From the human T2T-CHM13v2.0 reference genome, Homo sapiens, in NCBI RefSeq assembly GCF_009914755.1, contig NC_060929.1: a DNA stretch of 64,000 bases; one strand, given 5' to 3'. Below the pieces are notes generated by a model that saw nothing but the letters and a program-made list of their open reading frames with translations, was not told the origin of the DNA and did not search any database. A program made the position numbers and the translations under genes. Positions 1 to 13,530 of this stretch are shown here, in pieces. The stretch's first letter is position 1, and every line of letters begins with the position of its first letter.

Positions 1-254
1 GGCTTTGTTGTAAACACATAGAGCTTCATCCAAAACACATAATGCAGGGTGGCAATCTAGAGGGCTTATCCCAGGTGAGATGTGTAGTCCTAGCTTTAGC
101 CCTGAGCCTCAGCTTGGCTGACGCTGGCAGAGAAGATACAGCACAGAAGCCACATCCTGCAAACCACATCTCCTCCCTGTGGAGATGCAGCTGCCCATAT
201 CAAAATCAGGAGGGAGCATCAAGTTAAAAAGGCTGTGAGCACTACCTCGCATCA

Positions 255-1330
255 TACATAAAAATCTATTGCAGATCTAAATGTAGAAGGTAAGCAATAA
301 AGCTTTTCAAAGAAAAAATGGAATAATGTCTTTGTGACCTGGGGCAAGTTGCTAGCCATAAATGAAAAAAATCGATCAATCATACTACATTAAAACTAGG
401 GTTTCTGTTCATTAAAAGTCGTCAGGAGAGTTAAAAGCCAAGACAGAGTGAAGAAAATATTACCAATATATTCAACTACAACAGAAAAACTCCTCTAAAT
501 TGTATCCTGAATATATGAAGAATTTCCACAAATCAATGAGAAATAAGTAGAAAACCCAATAGAAAAATGGGCAAAAAACATGAATAGGCACTTCACAAAA
601 TAGGATATACAACAACCAATAAAGAAGTGAAAAGGTGCTTGACTTGTTTTCAAGGAAACACAAGTTAAAACCACAATGTGGTATTATTAACATGCAACAA
701 AATGGCTAAAATGAAAAGGACAAACAACATCAAGTGTTGGTATGATTTTTGAATGACTAGAACTCTCATATACTTTGATGGGAGTGTATATGAATATAGC
801 CACTTTGGAAAACTGTTTGACAATACCTTCCAAACCTAAACATATGCCTATCATATAACCTCATAATTCTGCTCACAGGTATACACAGCAGATACACATA
901 CATATGTCTGCCACAGACACATACAAGAATGATCACAGCAACATCTTCGGTTGTAGTTCCAAACTAGAAACAACCCAAATGTCTATCAGGAGTAAAATGG
1001 ATAAACAAATTATGATACATTTCTATAATGGAATACTACACAGCAATGAACATGAATAACCACACAACTTGGATGAATTTTTTCAAACATAATGTTGAGT
1101 AAAAGAGGAATAAGTGATTACATTACTGCATGATTCCATCTATATAAAGTTCAAAACCAGGCCAAAATAATCTAGGTGCTAGAAATCAGGAAAATGGTTA
1201 CCTATTTGGTTGTAGGGTAGGTTACAGTTAGTGGGAAGAATGAAAGGCTTTTGGGGTGCTGGTATTGTTTTATTTCTTGATCTGGGGGTTTATTACACGT
1301 TTGCTTTGTCAGTGCAGTCCATTGATTACA
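255..1330 (+). mobile_element. Old L1 (L1M-type) ORF2 end/3' region
   Basis: Typical degenerate L1 3' motifs: aaaatgggcaaaaaacatgaataggcacttcac, caagtgttgg, gccactttggaaaactg, aaacaacccaaatgtc. Confidence 0.8.
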
Positions 1331-1739
1331 TACTTAATTATAATCAAGTATAAGCAAGGAGGACATAATGCATAGCAGATGGCTATGCATTATACAGTAT
1401 CTTATTATATATGTTATCATTTGTAATACAGGGTCTTTGTCACTCAACCCAATAGCACATTATTTGCACTCTTATTTAGGGCTTCCTTTGTTCTGCTTTA
1501 TGGAACAATTGACAGTGCAACTGTCTTCGTCTCCCAACAAATTTGTAGTCTTCTTGAGTGCAAAAAATATTGTTGCATTTTCTCTAATATATTATTTCTG
1601 TTCTTAGCACAGAGACTTACACATAATGGGATTCAGTCTCAATGTTTGTTTTACATTGGTGTAGGGAGAGTGTTTACTTATTTTTACTGATCTACTTTTA
1701 TTTGTGTGTTTTAATTAAAGGTAAATGGGAGGTTAGAAT

Positions 1740-2500
1740 TCTCATCCCTCATCCTTCTTCAAAAATACACACTTCTAGAGAGGAAGCATGAAGAGGGCTT
1801 TGTGGGGGTGCTGGTCATATCCTATTCCTTGATCTGGGCAGTAGTTAATAAAGTTATACAAGTGTGCTCACTTTGCTATAATTCATCAATTGGTACACTT
1901 ACTATTTGATACTTTTGTATGTTGCATCTTGATTAAAATGTAACATATAAATATATGTATATTTATATTTCTAGTTTGATAAGACACTACGTTGGTGAGA
2001 GTTCACGGAATTAGTTAGGCACATATACTGCTTATTGGGGAGTAAAATAGTACAACCTCCTTGGGAGGAAATGTAGCCAAATTATCAAAATTGAAAAGGC
2101 ATTTACTGTTTGACCGAGCATGGTTAGTCTAGAAATGAACCCTACAGTCTACTATAACATGTGCAACTTATTACATATTCAGTGTCATTCATGCCTGCTG
2201 TTTATAATAATTGGAAACAACAGAAGAAAGAACAAATAAATTACATATCACATGTAGAATATTATTCAGCAGTTAGTAAGAAGGAGGCAGATCTGTATCT
2301 GCTGATTTGGAAGGATCATCAGGTTAAGAAGTACGTAGAAGATGCTCTTGGTTGCGTTAAATATATGTGTATATAATTAGCTTGTCCATTCATAGACCAT
2401 CTCTAGAAGGATATCCAAGAAACTGGTGATGGTAGAAGGAAGAAAAGGAAACTTATTTTTCACTATACACTCTGCCTGATCTGCATTTCAAATTTTACAT
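1740..2500 (+). mobile_element. L1ME-like 3' fragments
   Basis: Degenerate L1 3'UTR motifs (gggtgctggtcatatcctattccttgatctggg; tacaacctccttggga). Confidence 0.55.
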
Positions 2501-3499
2501 GTAGATATAACCAATTTAGAAAAATAAATCAAAAGATGATTCTTGGCTGCTGCCTCTTTGTCACTCTCATTTAGAGTCTTAATAAACATTCTATAATTGA
2601 TAAGTTTGCCTTTACTTTCTTCTACCAGCCTCCAAATCTATTCCATGCAGCAAAGGTCAGATTCCTCTTCCATGATAATGAGCAAAGTAGGCAGGTCACT
2701 CTTCTGCTGGTGACCTTATTAATTGAGTTTAGACCTCCAGTGAATTTGAACAGATTTTTTTTTTTTTAATGAAACATTCAAAGCCTCTTGGCCCCTCTTT
2801 AGTTCCCCTCCTCTCAGAAAGCAGGAAGAGAGTGAAAGGCAAGTGTTCTATTTGTCTTTAGTCAGATTTACAAATGCCATAGTTGGTTTTCAAACTGGAA
2901 GGAGAGGGAATCTTCCAGTTCCCTTGGAGGATGCGATTTGAACTGCAAAGGAAGGGAATAAGTTTAATGTAACATGTGCTCTAGATTTGAAGCAGATTTT
3001 GTGAAATAAGGTCTTATCTCAATGGCCTGATGATCCAGAGTGTTTGCAGGCCCTCAGAGGTAAAAATACAACAGTATAATCTAATGTTGTTTTTCCCCAA
3101 GGAAAAAACAAGAGGGGTCTCTGAAGAAACCAAGCCTATTTCCCAAATCGCCTATGGTCATCTGCAAAAAAATGGAAGGGAGGCCCAGGGCCAGGGATGC
3201 CGAGGTGGTGTGGGCACATGAGGAGGACATTGGCAAGAAGGCTGCCCAGGCTTGCGAAATTTGCAGTGGACAATTTGCACAGGGTCTGTTAAAAGGCACA
3301 TGCAGAGTAAAGGTAGCTTAGATTAGATGATGCTGTTTTATCAGCTATTAAAGAGAAAGCAAAACCTGGAATTTACTGATTGTTTCGTCCAGCCCATTCA
3401 TTTTTACCAAGGCACACTATACGCAGAGCCTAGGATTAAACACCCACATCTCCCGATCCTCTCAGTCCACTGCTGTGTTTACTTTCCACATTGTTCTCT

Positions 3500-3725
3500 C
3501 AAAAGCCTGAAAGCTGGAATCAGACCCCTTGGATTCAAGCGCTGCATGGGAGCTGCATGACCTTGGGCAAGTTTCTTAACCTTCCCATGCTTCAGGTTCC
3601 TCACCTGTAAAAGGCGAGAATAGTAATGACAGTATCTTCCTGGTATGGTTGTTATTGGGATTAAAATGCACTTCAAAGAAGGTCTGGTACATAGGAGACC
3701 TTAAATAAATGGTAGCCATAATATC
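3500..3725 (+). mobile_element. MIR SINE
   Basis: MIR core: tgaccttgggcaagtttcttaacctt...tcctcacctgtaaaa. Confidence 0.75.
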
Positions 3726-4399
3726 AACGATTATTATTACTTCCAGTTTCAGCATCACAGAGAATCATTTTTAAGTAGGAAAGCCTGCATGGGAGGCATC
3801 TGCATTGCAACACTCGCTTGGTTCTGGGTGCCACATTAAGTCCGAGATAAGAAATCACTTTCGCATAAAGAAAGGCCTCTAACAACTTCTCAGCTGGCGC
3901 TGGAGGAGCTCTCTCACACAGGTGGAGTTCAAAGGGAGGTGGCACGACCCGACACCAATGCTGAAAGCAGACTCCTGCGTGGAGTGGAGGCATGGCCTAG
4001 ATGACCTTTAAAATGCTAAAAAGTCTATGATTTTGAGACCTTTGAGACTAGCAGCCTTGGGGGCAGTCACTTTGCTTAGCTTAGTGGCCGGCTTTATGGT
4101 CACCTTGGACGTGAAGAGCATAGTTCTGTCTGAACTTTGCTCCAGTTCTATGTAAGAGGACAAGCTCTGGTGTCACAGCTAAAACTTCCAAATACTCAAG
4201 TTGGAGGGGACTTTGAATTTATTTGTGAACAGACAATTGCACACTTGAAAATGCCAACACATAAGGGAACACACTCAGCTTTGCTAACTAACAAGATTGA
4301 GCTCATTACAAACTCTCCAGCCAGGGGATATTTCATTCTTAAAAGAGGAGTAGAAATCCTGTGTGTGTGTGTTTGGGGGGCTGGGGAGGGGAGAAGAAT

Positions 4400-6300
4400 A
4401 TATCAGTCAACATTGTTTCCTCCCGCGCTCCCAAACATAGGCTAACTGTGAAGAGCCAGGACGCCCACCGAGTCCTGGCAGCGTTGCAAGGTGGGGAGGG
4501 GGCGGGCGCGGTCCTGTCGCTAGTGACTGCAGATTTCCTCTGCGGGGCACTTCCTACGGCCTTTGATCTTTCCCCAGGAACTGCCGAGGGCCGCGTTTGC
4601 CTCTAAGTTTATTCCCTCTTGGTTTATTTATTGTATCTGCTTTCTCTTCTCGCTGGTTTGGAGGTCAGAACGCCAGTATGCAACGGGACTTGTGTCCCAG
4701 GCAGGGTCTCCCCTCTCCAGGCACTACCGCGAAATCTGGCAAAAGGTACATTTTACTGAGTCCTAGGGCAGCAAATTCAGCGGCGGAGAAAGAGTCTTTC
4801 TCCATTCAGGAGACAACCCAGGAAGCCCGATCCCGGGATCAGAGGCCAGGACCCCGCCCCGGCCCCCTGCCCCAGGCCCAGCTGGGCGCCGCCCAGGGGC
4901 TTTTCTCGGTCCGCCTGGGGGCTCGAGCTCGCGTCCCTCCCTAAGACGCCAGGCTTAACTTGGAGTTTCATCTCCTCCCCAGGAGGGTCTCAAGTTGCCT
5001 TCCTCTGCCGGGAAGGGCCCCCACTCCCCCGCTCCAGGCCCTAATCTCCACCCGGCGTCCCAGTCTGAGCGGCCTGGCCTCAGCTCTCCATCTGCGAGCC
5101 TTAAATCCCATTTATCTTCTTAGCGCCTCAGACCCGGACGGTCCCGCCTCTCTTCCTCTCACCCCCACCCCACTTGCAAATCACAGACCCCCGTCTACCC
5201 CTCGCATCCCCCAAGTGCGCTGGACCAACTACAGCAACCTTTGAGGTGTTAGAAAAAGTCGCCTAGAGGGGCGCGGCAGGAGGAGGGCCCAGGTGGGGTG
5301 GAGGGGGGGCGCCCCAAGATTTCAGGGTGAGGACCGCGGAGGGTCCTGGACCCGCAGTCGCCTAACTCCTGCCCTGCGTCTCCAGTGCTTGAAGTCGGTC
5401 CCTCCCAGGTCCCCAATCTAGGTCACCAGCGGGGAAGGGCTGCGCTGGGGGTCGCTAGAGAGGGTGAGGGGCGGGCTGTCTGCTTCCGAGGTGGGCGAGG
5501 AGTGAAGGTTTCAGGGCCTGTCCCTCTCACTTCCACTCGATTGTAATTTCATCCCCGGGCCGGTCGAGCCTCCCTCCCTCCCGCGGCCAGCCCTTCCCTC
5601 CCAGTCGGCCTCCTTCGTCGCCCCCGCCCCCGCGAAAAGCCCTGCAGCTTGCAGCCGGCTTCACTCGCGCACGCCGACCTCCCGGCTGCAGTCCTACCTC
5701 TTGGAACTACCCGTGTTTCCGGGCCCAGCCCTCGCAGCCCCCCACCTCCTCGCCCCGGCCCGGGGATCCGTTGGGGCCGCGTCCCCCACGCGCCCCCGGA
5801 GACGCCCTTTCCGTGTGCGCCCGGGACTTGGTGAAACTTTGCAGGCGCCGGCTGCGAAATGGATTTAATCCGAGGCGTCTTGCTCCGGCTCCTGCTCCTG
5901 GCTTCCAGCCTCGGACCCGGCGCGGTGTCGCTCCGAGCGGCCATCCGAAAACCAGGTAATGCGCTCCTCCGCCCAGAGCCACCACGCCCCGAGCGCCCCT
6001 GCTGGGCTCCGGGGCGAGGACACAGAGCGGGCAGCGCACCGCCTCCCTCTCCCCGACCAACGTCTGCTTAACTCGCTTCAGCTCTGCCAGGAGCTGAGAA
6101 AAGACGCAAACCTCGCCCTCCCCGAGCCCGGGCGGCGCTAGGGATATTTATTTATTAAAAGAATGATCAATTTTCCAGACATAGTAGATAGAGGTGGTGG
6201 TCCCCGTGTTTGACCGCAGAGAGCTGACAGTTGGGACAGCGATCGTGCTGTCTCAATTACAGAGGATGGCAACCATGCAGAGGAGTCAAACCAGCCCCTC
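4400..6300. promoter_or_regulatory. EGFLAM: CpG island / EGFLAM promoter
   Basis: GC-rich, CpG-dense block with several GC boxes (ggggcggg / ccccgcccc) surrounding the first coding exon. Confidence 0.9.
5859..5955 (+). CDS. EGFLAM: EGFLAM (pikachurin) coding exon 1, signal peptide
   Basis: Translates MDLIRGVLLRLLLLASSLGPGAVSLRAAIRKP(G), which I recognise as the human pikachurin N-terminus. It is 97 nt and ends at a phase-1 donor CAG|gtaatg (5956). Confidence 0.95.
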
Positions 6301-8439
6301 CTGCGTCTCCAAACATTTTACTCAATTCATATTGTCCAGAGCCCAGCCATTTCCTGTTAAGTGTCTGAAGGGTTGCCTGGAGCCCCCTCTGCCCATCTCG
6401 GGTCCTGCCCACGCGTTGTGCAGGGATGTGGACTCTGCTCTTAGCATCCTCTTCCACTCTGGGGCCATTTGTTCAGAAGGAAGCACCCAGTGGGTTAATT
6501 TTACCGTGTTTTGAACTCCTGTCTTTGCTTTGGCATTTAAACAAAGAAATGTACGTTGTAACCTGTTATAAGGGACTGGGAATTGGGGGAGAACTTGAAA
6601 CCATAATAACGTGTGTTTCCTCTAGCTGCATATAGGTAAAAAGTCTTCGTTTATTTTGGTCTACTTTGATTTGGCCTATGCTGTGAGATTATTCAAAGTA
6701 GAACATTCTGAACAATGAAGTTCTAAACATTGTTTCCCAAATAACGATTTTTATTACTTTTTGCTGGGACCATATTTAGAATTCTGAAAAATCTGTTTTG
6801 TCTTAACTTACTTTGTAAGGGAGGTTGTCTTATGGGATTAATTATATCTTATGAACAATGGAAAACAATATTACTTTTATTTGAATGCAGTCTGCAAAAC
6901 CTCACAGAAAGTGCAGTTTGTCTTCACAAACGTTTCTGTAAGAAAGAGGCAAAGCTAGGAAAATTTATCAGAGGGCAGAGAAAATCGTCTTAGCGGGATC
7001 CCATGTGAATGCTTAAATATTTTCGCATTGAAACTCTCTATCTGGAAATATGACTTGTTGCATTTCGGCTCTGGAAGCGTCCTCAGTCTTTGCACTGTGT
7101 CTCTTATTACCAGCACTTGTTACCTGCCTTGAAATCTAAGGTCATTATCATAATCTACACCATATTTAAATTATGAGCCACTCCATTTATGAGCTCTTCA
7201 ATTCATTTTGGAGATAATAGCTTCAGTCCAAGGTAATATCACATTAAATTGTTTCTCTTCCTGCACGCACACATACATATACCTTCAAGGATTTCAGTGA
7301 AGGGCTTCTTTCTAACTTTCCTCCTTAAGATAACCACATCACGATCAATTGCATTTTGCAGATTTATTCACATGAAATCATCTATTAATTGTCACAATTT
7401 TTAAACAAAGCATAGTTATATCTATAGTTTTAAAGCATGAACAGTGTATGCAATGCTTTTTAAAGGATATATTTTAATCCATTTAAGGGGAATTTTTAAA
7501 AAGCATTTTATAAAAACCTGTTGTATAAAACTGCTCATGTGGGTCATCATATTTTCCTTCTTATTTTTTGGAGTTCTTCTCCTAAAAAGATTTTCTACCT
7601 GGTTCATTCAGGGTCTCATTCTGATATTCATGCCAGGAATATGCCATGCTGGCCTCTTTGGTTTTATTTGAAGCATAGATAGGGTTTTGATAGTGGAAAC
7701 ACCACCTCTTAAATACTTTGGCATATTAATTACATCAAATTTGAGATAGAAGTGTTTAGACTAGGTTCAACCTAGAAGAGTTTTATTTTTATTACTTTAT
7801 AATTTTATCCAGACACTAGCTTTCAGGTTGGAAAGCTTCTCAGATTAAAATGACAGCTACTTCATAACTTCAGGGGAAATTTCCCTCCTGGGCTCATTTA
7901 CATCCCTTGGAAAGACTAGTTTTTGATCCGGAAAATTGGTCCAGATTAAAAAACTGAATGTGCCCTGCTTGGCTCTGATGTGAGCAGCAACTAGCTAATT
8001 TATAATCTTCCCCAGACACTAGCAAATCCTGCTAGTATCCATATGGGAGTTTCTTTGTACCTTGTTTCCTCAACAGAAATTGGTACATAGACAGTACTTT
8101 GAAGGTATCGTGGCCACTGTGCAGGCATACTGGAGCGGTTCTGTCTTATTTGGATGACCCTCCCTATCTCCTCATACTCCTAAATCTACTTTTGATAAGT
8201 ATAGCATTGTTGGAGAAGTCTTGGATTCAAAATCAACCTGGAAATTCCCCATCCGCACCTACCTCTGGTGAGAAAAAACTGAGTAGCAGCTTCAAGTCTG
8301 AGTCTAGTTTGGGTTCAACACAAGCAACCTTTCTCTTCACCCCAAGATAGCTCATCTTTTGACATTGAACATTAATAAAGAAACCTCTGCATTTGCCAAG
8401 ACTTACAAGAAATGACAGTTTTCAAATTAAGTGAAATTA

Positions 8440-8670
8440 AATCATAATAACTAACACTAAGTGCTTGCTACACTGTTCTAAGAACTGGATGCACAGTGAT
8501 TTATTTAATCAACCCAATAGCCCTGGGAGATGGGGACTATTATTATCACTGTTTTACTGAAGGAGAAATTGTGGCTTAGAGAGGTTAAATATCTCATCCA
8601 AGGTCACACAACTAGTAAGCGGTGGAATGGAAATTTAAACTCTGATATTCAGGACCAGAAACTGAGCTCA
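8440..8670 (-). mobile_element. MIR SINE
   Basis: gaaattgtggcttagagaggttaaatatctcatccaaggtcacacaactagtaag. Confidence 0.75.
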
Positions 8671-9439
8671 GAACACTGTGTTTGCAGAGGTGTGTAGCAT
8701 GTCTTGTAGGGTGTCTTCCTGGAGGCTGAAGAGTGGAGCTCCCGTGGGTCAGATATTGGAGCCTAGGTGGAGGCTGCTGTTTTGTGTGGGGATCCTGCGT
8801 TGCTCTTAAACATTTGTAAATGGGATCTGCCCATGCCTGCTAAGACAACAGAGTGCATATGATACTGAAAGAATTTTGGAAGCTACTGTCTACTGGCCTC
8901 ATTTATAAGAATCACAGGGTGTGGCCTTATGGGGTGATGATGAACCACTTGCTTCTCTTGTTGAACTCCTGGGGATTAAGGCTGGTGAGGGTCAGAGGGC
9001 CCACTACAGTACCTGAGGGTAGAAAAAGGGGCCTCTGAAGAATGGGAGGGTTTAGGGCCCTGTCCTTTCCCCAGACCTTCACGGTGTGGACACACCACTC
9101 ATTGGATAGCCTTCATTCCTTTTCAGACTACAAATTAGAATCATAGGCCTGGAAAGAAGTGAAAAGTCCTCATTTTGCAATGAGGTTGAGGGTGACTCAG
9201 TAACTTGCCCCAGTTAACATCAGAAGCTGAACTGGAACTGGCACCTGGACCTCCCACCCTCCTGAGTGGTCTCTAGCCTAGTGCTGGTCCCATCACCTGA
9301 GTCTCACCAGAAAGTGCGGGAGGACTGCCGTGCTTCTGTGGTGGGGCAGGAAGAAGGGAGGGGAAATCCAGACAACTGCGGGAACCAGCATGCAACAAGT
9401 CACTTAATTCCCGCAGGCATATTGCTAACTCTTGTCCTT

Positions 9440-10950
9440 ATTATCATTTTAAAGTCAGATTTATTGAGGTATAATTTATATGCAATAAATTTCATCAAGT
9501 CTACAGTTTGATGAGCCCTAACAAACATACACAGTAATGTAATCACCGCCGGAATAGAAATATATAGAACATTTCCATCATCCTTAAATATTCCCTTGTG
9601 TCCCTTTGTAGAAAAATGACTCCCTCCCAGCCCCTGGTAATCACTGATCTAACTTCTATCCCTGTAGTTTTGCCTCTTCCAGAATGTCATATTTTGTGTC
9701 CACCCTCTGTCGCATAATGCTTTTAAGATCCATCCATGTTTTTGCATATATTGGAAGTTTGTTCCTTTCTTATTGTTGAGTAGTGGTGCGTTGGATGGAC
9801 CATGGAATTCCAGTTTGTTTAACCATTTGCTAGTTGGTGGACTTTTAAGTTGTTTTCAGTTTTAGGCTATTATGAATAAAGTTCCTAGACACGTGCACGT
9901 AGAAGTCTTTGGAAGATACATGTTTCCATTTCTCTTGATAAACAGAAGGAGTGGGATCACTGCATCACATGGCAGGTATATGTTGAGCTGGATAAGAAAT
10001 CACCAAACTGTTTTCCAAAGTGGCTGTACCATCTTACATTCATACAATGTACGAATGTTCTAGCTGCTCCTAATCCTCTACAACACTTGGTAGAGTTTTT
10101 TTTTGGTTTTGTTTTAGTGATTCTATTATAATAAGCATGTAATAGTATGTCATCACAGTTTTAGTTTGCATTTCTCTAATGACTAATTATATTGAACATT
10201 TAAAAAATTTATTTATTTGCCATCTTTTCTTTGGTGAAATCTTTGTTTAAATGTTTGGCTGATTTTTAAAACTTGGGATGTTTGCCGGGCATGGTGGCCC
10301 ATGCCTGTAATCCCAGCACTTTGGAAGGCCAAGGTGGGCAGATCACTTGAAGCCAGGCGTTTGAGACCAGCCTGGCCAACATGGCAAAACCCCAGCTCTA
10401 CAAAAAATACAAAAATTAGCCGGGCTTGGTGGCGCGTGCCTGTAGTCTCAGCTACTTGGGAGGCTGAGGCACGAGAATCACTTTACCCTCAGAGAGGGAG
10501 GTTACCATGAGCCAAGATCGCACCACTGCACTCCACCCTGGGTGACAGAGGAAGACTCTGTCTCAAAAAAAAGAAACAAAAAACATTGGGATGTTTATTT
10601 TCTTATGATTGAATTTTGAGTGTTTTTTGTATGTTCTGGATGCAAGTCCTTTATGAGATCTGTGTTTTGTAAATCTCGGCTTCTAGTATGTGGCTTGTCT
10701 TTTTATTTTCTTAATGGTGTCTTTCAAAATGTAGAAGATTTACATTTTGATAAAGTCTAATTTATCATTTTCTTAAATGGCTCGTGCTGTTTTTTTGAAA
10801 GCTTAACCCGTGGCTGCAAAGATGTTTCCCTATGTTTTATTGCAGAAGTTTTTTAGGTTTTACATTTAGGTCTATAATTCATTTTGAGTTAATTTTGTAT
10901 GAGGTGTGAGATATAAGTCAAGGTTTATTTGCTTTTGTATGGATATCTTG
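9440..10950 (-). mobile_element. Old L1 (L1MB/MC-like) 3' region, interrupted by an Alu
   Basis: Reverse L1 3' motifs (tttattgaggtataattt; ttttccaaagtggctgtacc; tttgcatttctctaatgact). Confidence 0.8.
10284..10583 (+). mobile_element. Alu (AluS)
   Basis: Full dimer with A-tail; target-site duplication aaaac(a)ttgggatgttt on both sides. Confidence 0.95.
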
Positions 10951-12835
10951 GCTTTATTTTCTAAGCACTCTTATGCTTGGTGGTGGGAGGTGGTACATCA
11001 GAGGCAAAGGGATCTCCAGCTTGGAAGGCTTGCTGTAGCTCTCAAGCTACAGTGGCTGTGCCATTAAGACCTCCTCATTCCTATGCAGTAGATAGGGTAT
11101 AGATCGTTTGTCTCTCTACAAGGTTCTGTCAGTGAAGTCAGACTTAGGGCTGACAGCCGTGGCATGTCTGGGAAGGATTCCTGGGGTTAAAGACCGGTGC
11201 TCCCAGGCTTAGAGCCTGGGGTTGCTCTTTGTTTATTTAGACAAGTCTCCTGACATTTATTAACTCTCTGGCACTAGGGGGGCTGGAGAACTGCACATGG
11301 GTCCTGCCTTTCCTCCTGCCTGTCCAGTTTGCCTGAGGTCCCAGGGTCAGTCGAAGAAGGTCAAGTCAGCGTTCAGAGTTCAAGGTTTTCCCTGGAGTAT
11401 CTGGGTGTCCATAATCATCCTTAGCACGATGCAGCTCTCTCATCTTTTTCTTTCCACTTTGTCAGTATTTCTCTAGTGGTATAATCAAACTAAAATAAAG
11501 ATGTAAGGAAAGTCAGGAAGCAAAAACAAAAGGCTGGAAGAGAAGGGTTAGCTTGTGGGCAATACATCTTGTTGGTTGCTGGTAGAGATACATGCACCTC
11601 TAGAGGCATTCTGCTGCTGCTAGTGTGAGGCTGAATGGCTAAGGGGCAGTGGCCAGGGATCAGGGGTCATCCTGGTCTACTTCCCCAGTGCCACCTTGAT
11701 CTACCTGGAATTCACAAGAGACTGGTTAGTTCCTCGCTTATAGCTCTCATCCAAGCCCTCTTCCCAAAGCATGGCAATTGGGGGAGATCTCTCATCTGTA
11801 TGTTCCTTCCTGTCCCCTTTCCAGTCCACTGTACTCCATATCCCAGTGCTGATTCAGGCTGTCTCATTTATCAGGGAAATCTTTAGCTCACAAAAGCCGT
11901 GGGGCACTAGAAGCTAGGTGCTAGGGACCTAGCACACTCATCCCCAGCACCCAACTCCTAGCGCCCCACGCAATTCAGGCAGACAGAAATGTTTTCCTCT
12001 GATTCTTCACTCCATCACTGTGCTTCCCCTCCTATTGGTTTCAACATCTTATCTAATCTTCATAAGGAAGCACTTCTCTCTTTGACTCCATCTCTCTTTG
12101 TTAGTCTCACTCTTTCCATTAATTCTCTGTGAGAGGTAAAGAGACAGAGGAGTCAAGGTCAGGAGTAAGTGTAGTTTAATGTGAGGCAAGACTTGTTTTT
12201 CCGAATTCTTTCTCAGGGAAGAGTGGCTTGGCCAGAAAGGAGCTGAGTGGTGCTTTTTGTTCTTCTTACCCAGAGCCGAGGGCTTTAATAACCTTAGCAT
12301 TCTTTGGGGAATAGTAGTCCATCTGTTTATGGCTTACTACAGCCCAAAAGTGGTCTAGTAATTTTGGCTAGATTTCTGGAAGACTGAGACTCAGCATCCG
12401 AGGCTGAGGTGGGACTCCAGCTTGCCCAGGGCTATCCTGTGGCTACCTCGTGTTCTCCTGCCTCACACCCTGGCAGGCCGGACTGTAGTGTTTCCCAGCT
12501 GACTGAATGATGTGATGTCTTGATTGCAGCAGAAAATCTTTTGAGTTGCTCAAGGCCCGTGTGCCTTGCCTTTGTTTTTGCATGTCAAGCTGCACATCTT
12601 AGAGATGCACCTGCTATTTCAGTTATCGAAAAAGGGAAAAGGTGAGGAGATATGGCAGCCTTTAGAGGAAATCCCCCAAACTCATCTTTGATTTCACTGA
12701 TTGTGGACCTCGCCTTCGAGGAAGGACCCCAGGGTGTAGCTTCAGCCTCCTGAAATGAGCGGGGGTACTTTTGCTTCCTTGCAGAACCCCTCATGGGTTC
12801 TCATGCAGTGGCTTAGATGAGTCAAATAAAATTTC

Positions 12836-12853
12836 TGCCAGCAGAGGGCGCAC
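12836..12853 (+). promoter_or_regulatory. CTCF-binding motif
   Basis: tgCCAGCAGAGGGCGCac matches the CTCF core consensus CCASYAGRKGGCRS. Confidence 0.6.
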
Positions 12854-13339
12854 ATTCCAGAGCTGGCTCTGCGCGGGTCTCCGCCCTCAGCAGTAATTCC
12901 TGCACTAAGTGGATCTGAATTTTTAGAGTGCAATCCAGGCACCTGCCTTTTTAAACAAGAACCTCAGATGACTTGATGCACACTTTGAGACATGCCAAAA
13001 GAGAGTTTGGACTCTCCCACTGCCTCCCTCTCCCTGGTACCTCGACCCAGGTACTCTGTGTTATGCTGATCTTCACTGCTTCATACCTCCACGCCCAGCT
13101 GTGACTGCTGACGACAACATGTTGCTCTGGGCATCTGTATTTAACCAGAACAACCCTGTCCTTAGACTCTAAGTTGATCGGTGAAAGAGGGAAACCTTGC
13201 AATGGCGTTAACAAAAAGCCACGCTGTTCTCTATATAACCAACATTTTCCCCCCTTACCTCCCTCACCCCCAATCCCAAGCTTATTCTTTCAGCCTTCAA
13301 GGCTGGTTTCTCCTGGTGGAGCAGGAAGGCTTGGGTAAG

Positions 13340-13530
13340 AGCACATATTTTGATATTCCACACATTGGGGTTCAAGTTCTGACACTTTACAGCTACATGG
13401 TGACAGTGGGTCAGTTATATATGCTCCATAATCCTCAGTTTACTGATCTGTAAAAATAGGATAAAGAAAGACCCTACCATAAAATGTTCCAGGGAAGATC
13501 CAATACAGTAATGCATGTAGCAGGGCATTA
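13340..13530 (+). mobile_element. MIR SINE
   Basis: cctcagtttactgatctgtaaaaataggataa core. Confidence 0.6.

Noticed and set aside
4137-6514. Many overlapping Pro/Arg/Gly-rich ORFs around the promoter
   Set aside because: Expected stop-codon depletion in a CpG island; only 5859-5955 matches a known protein.
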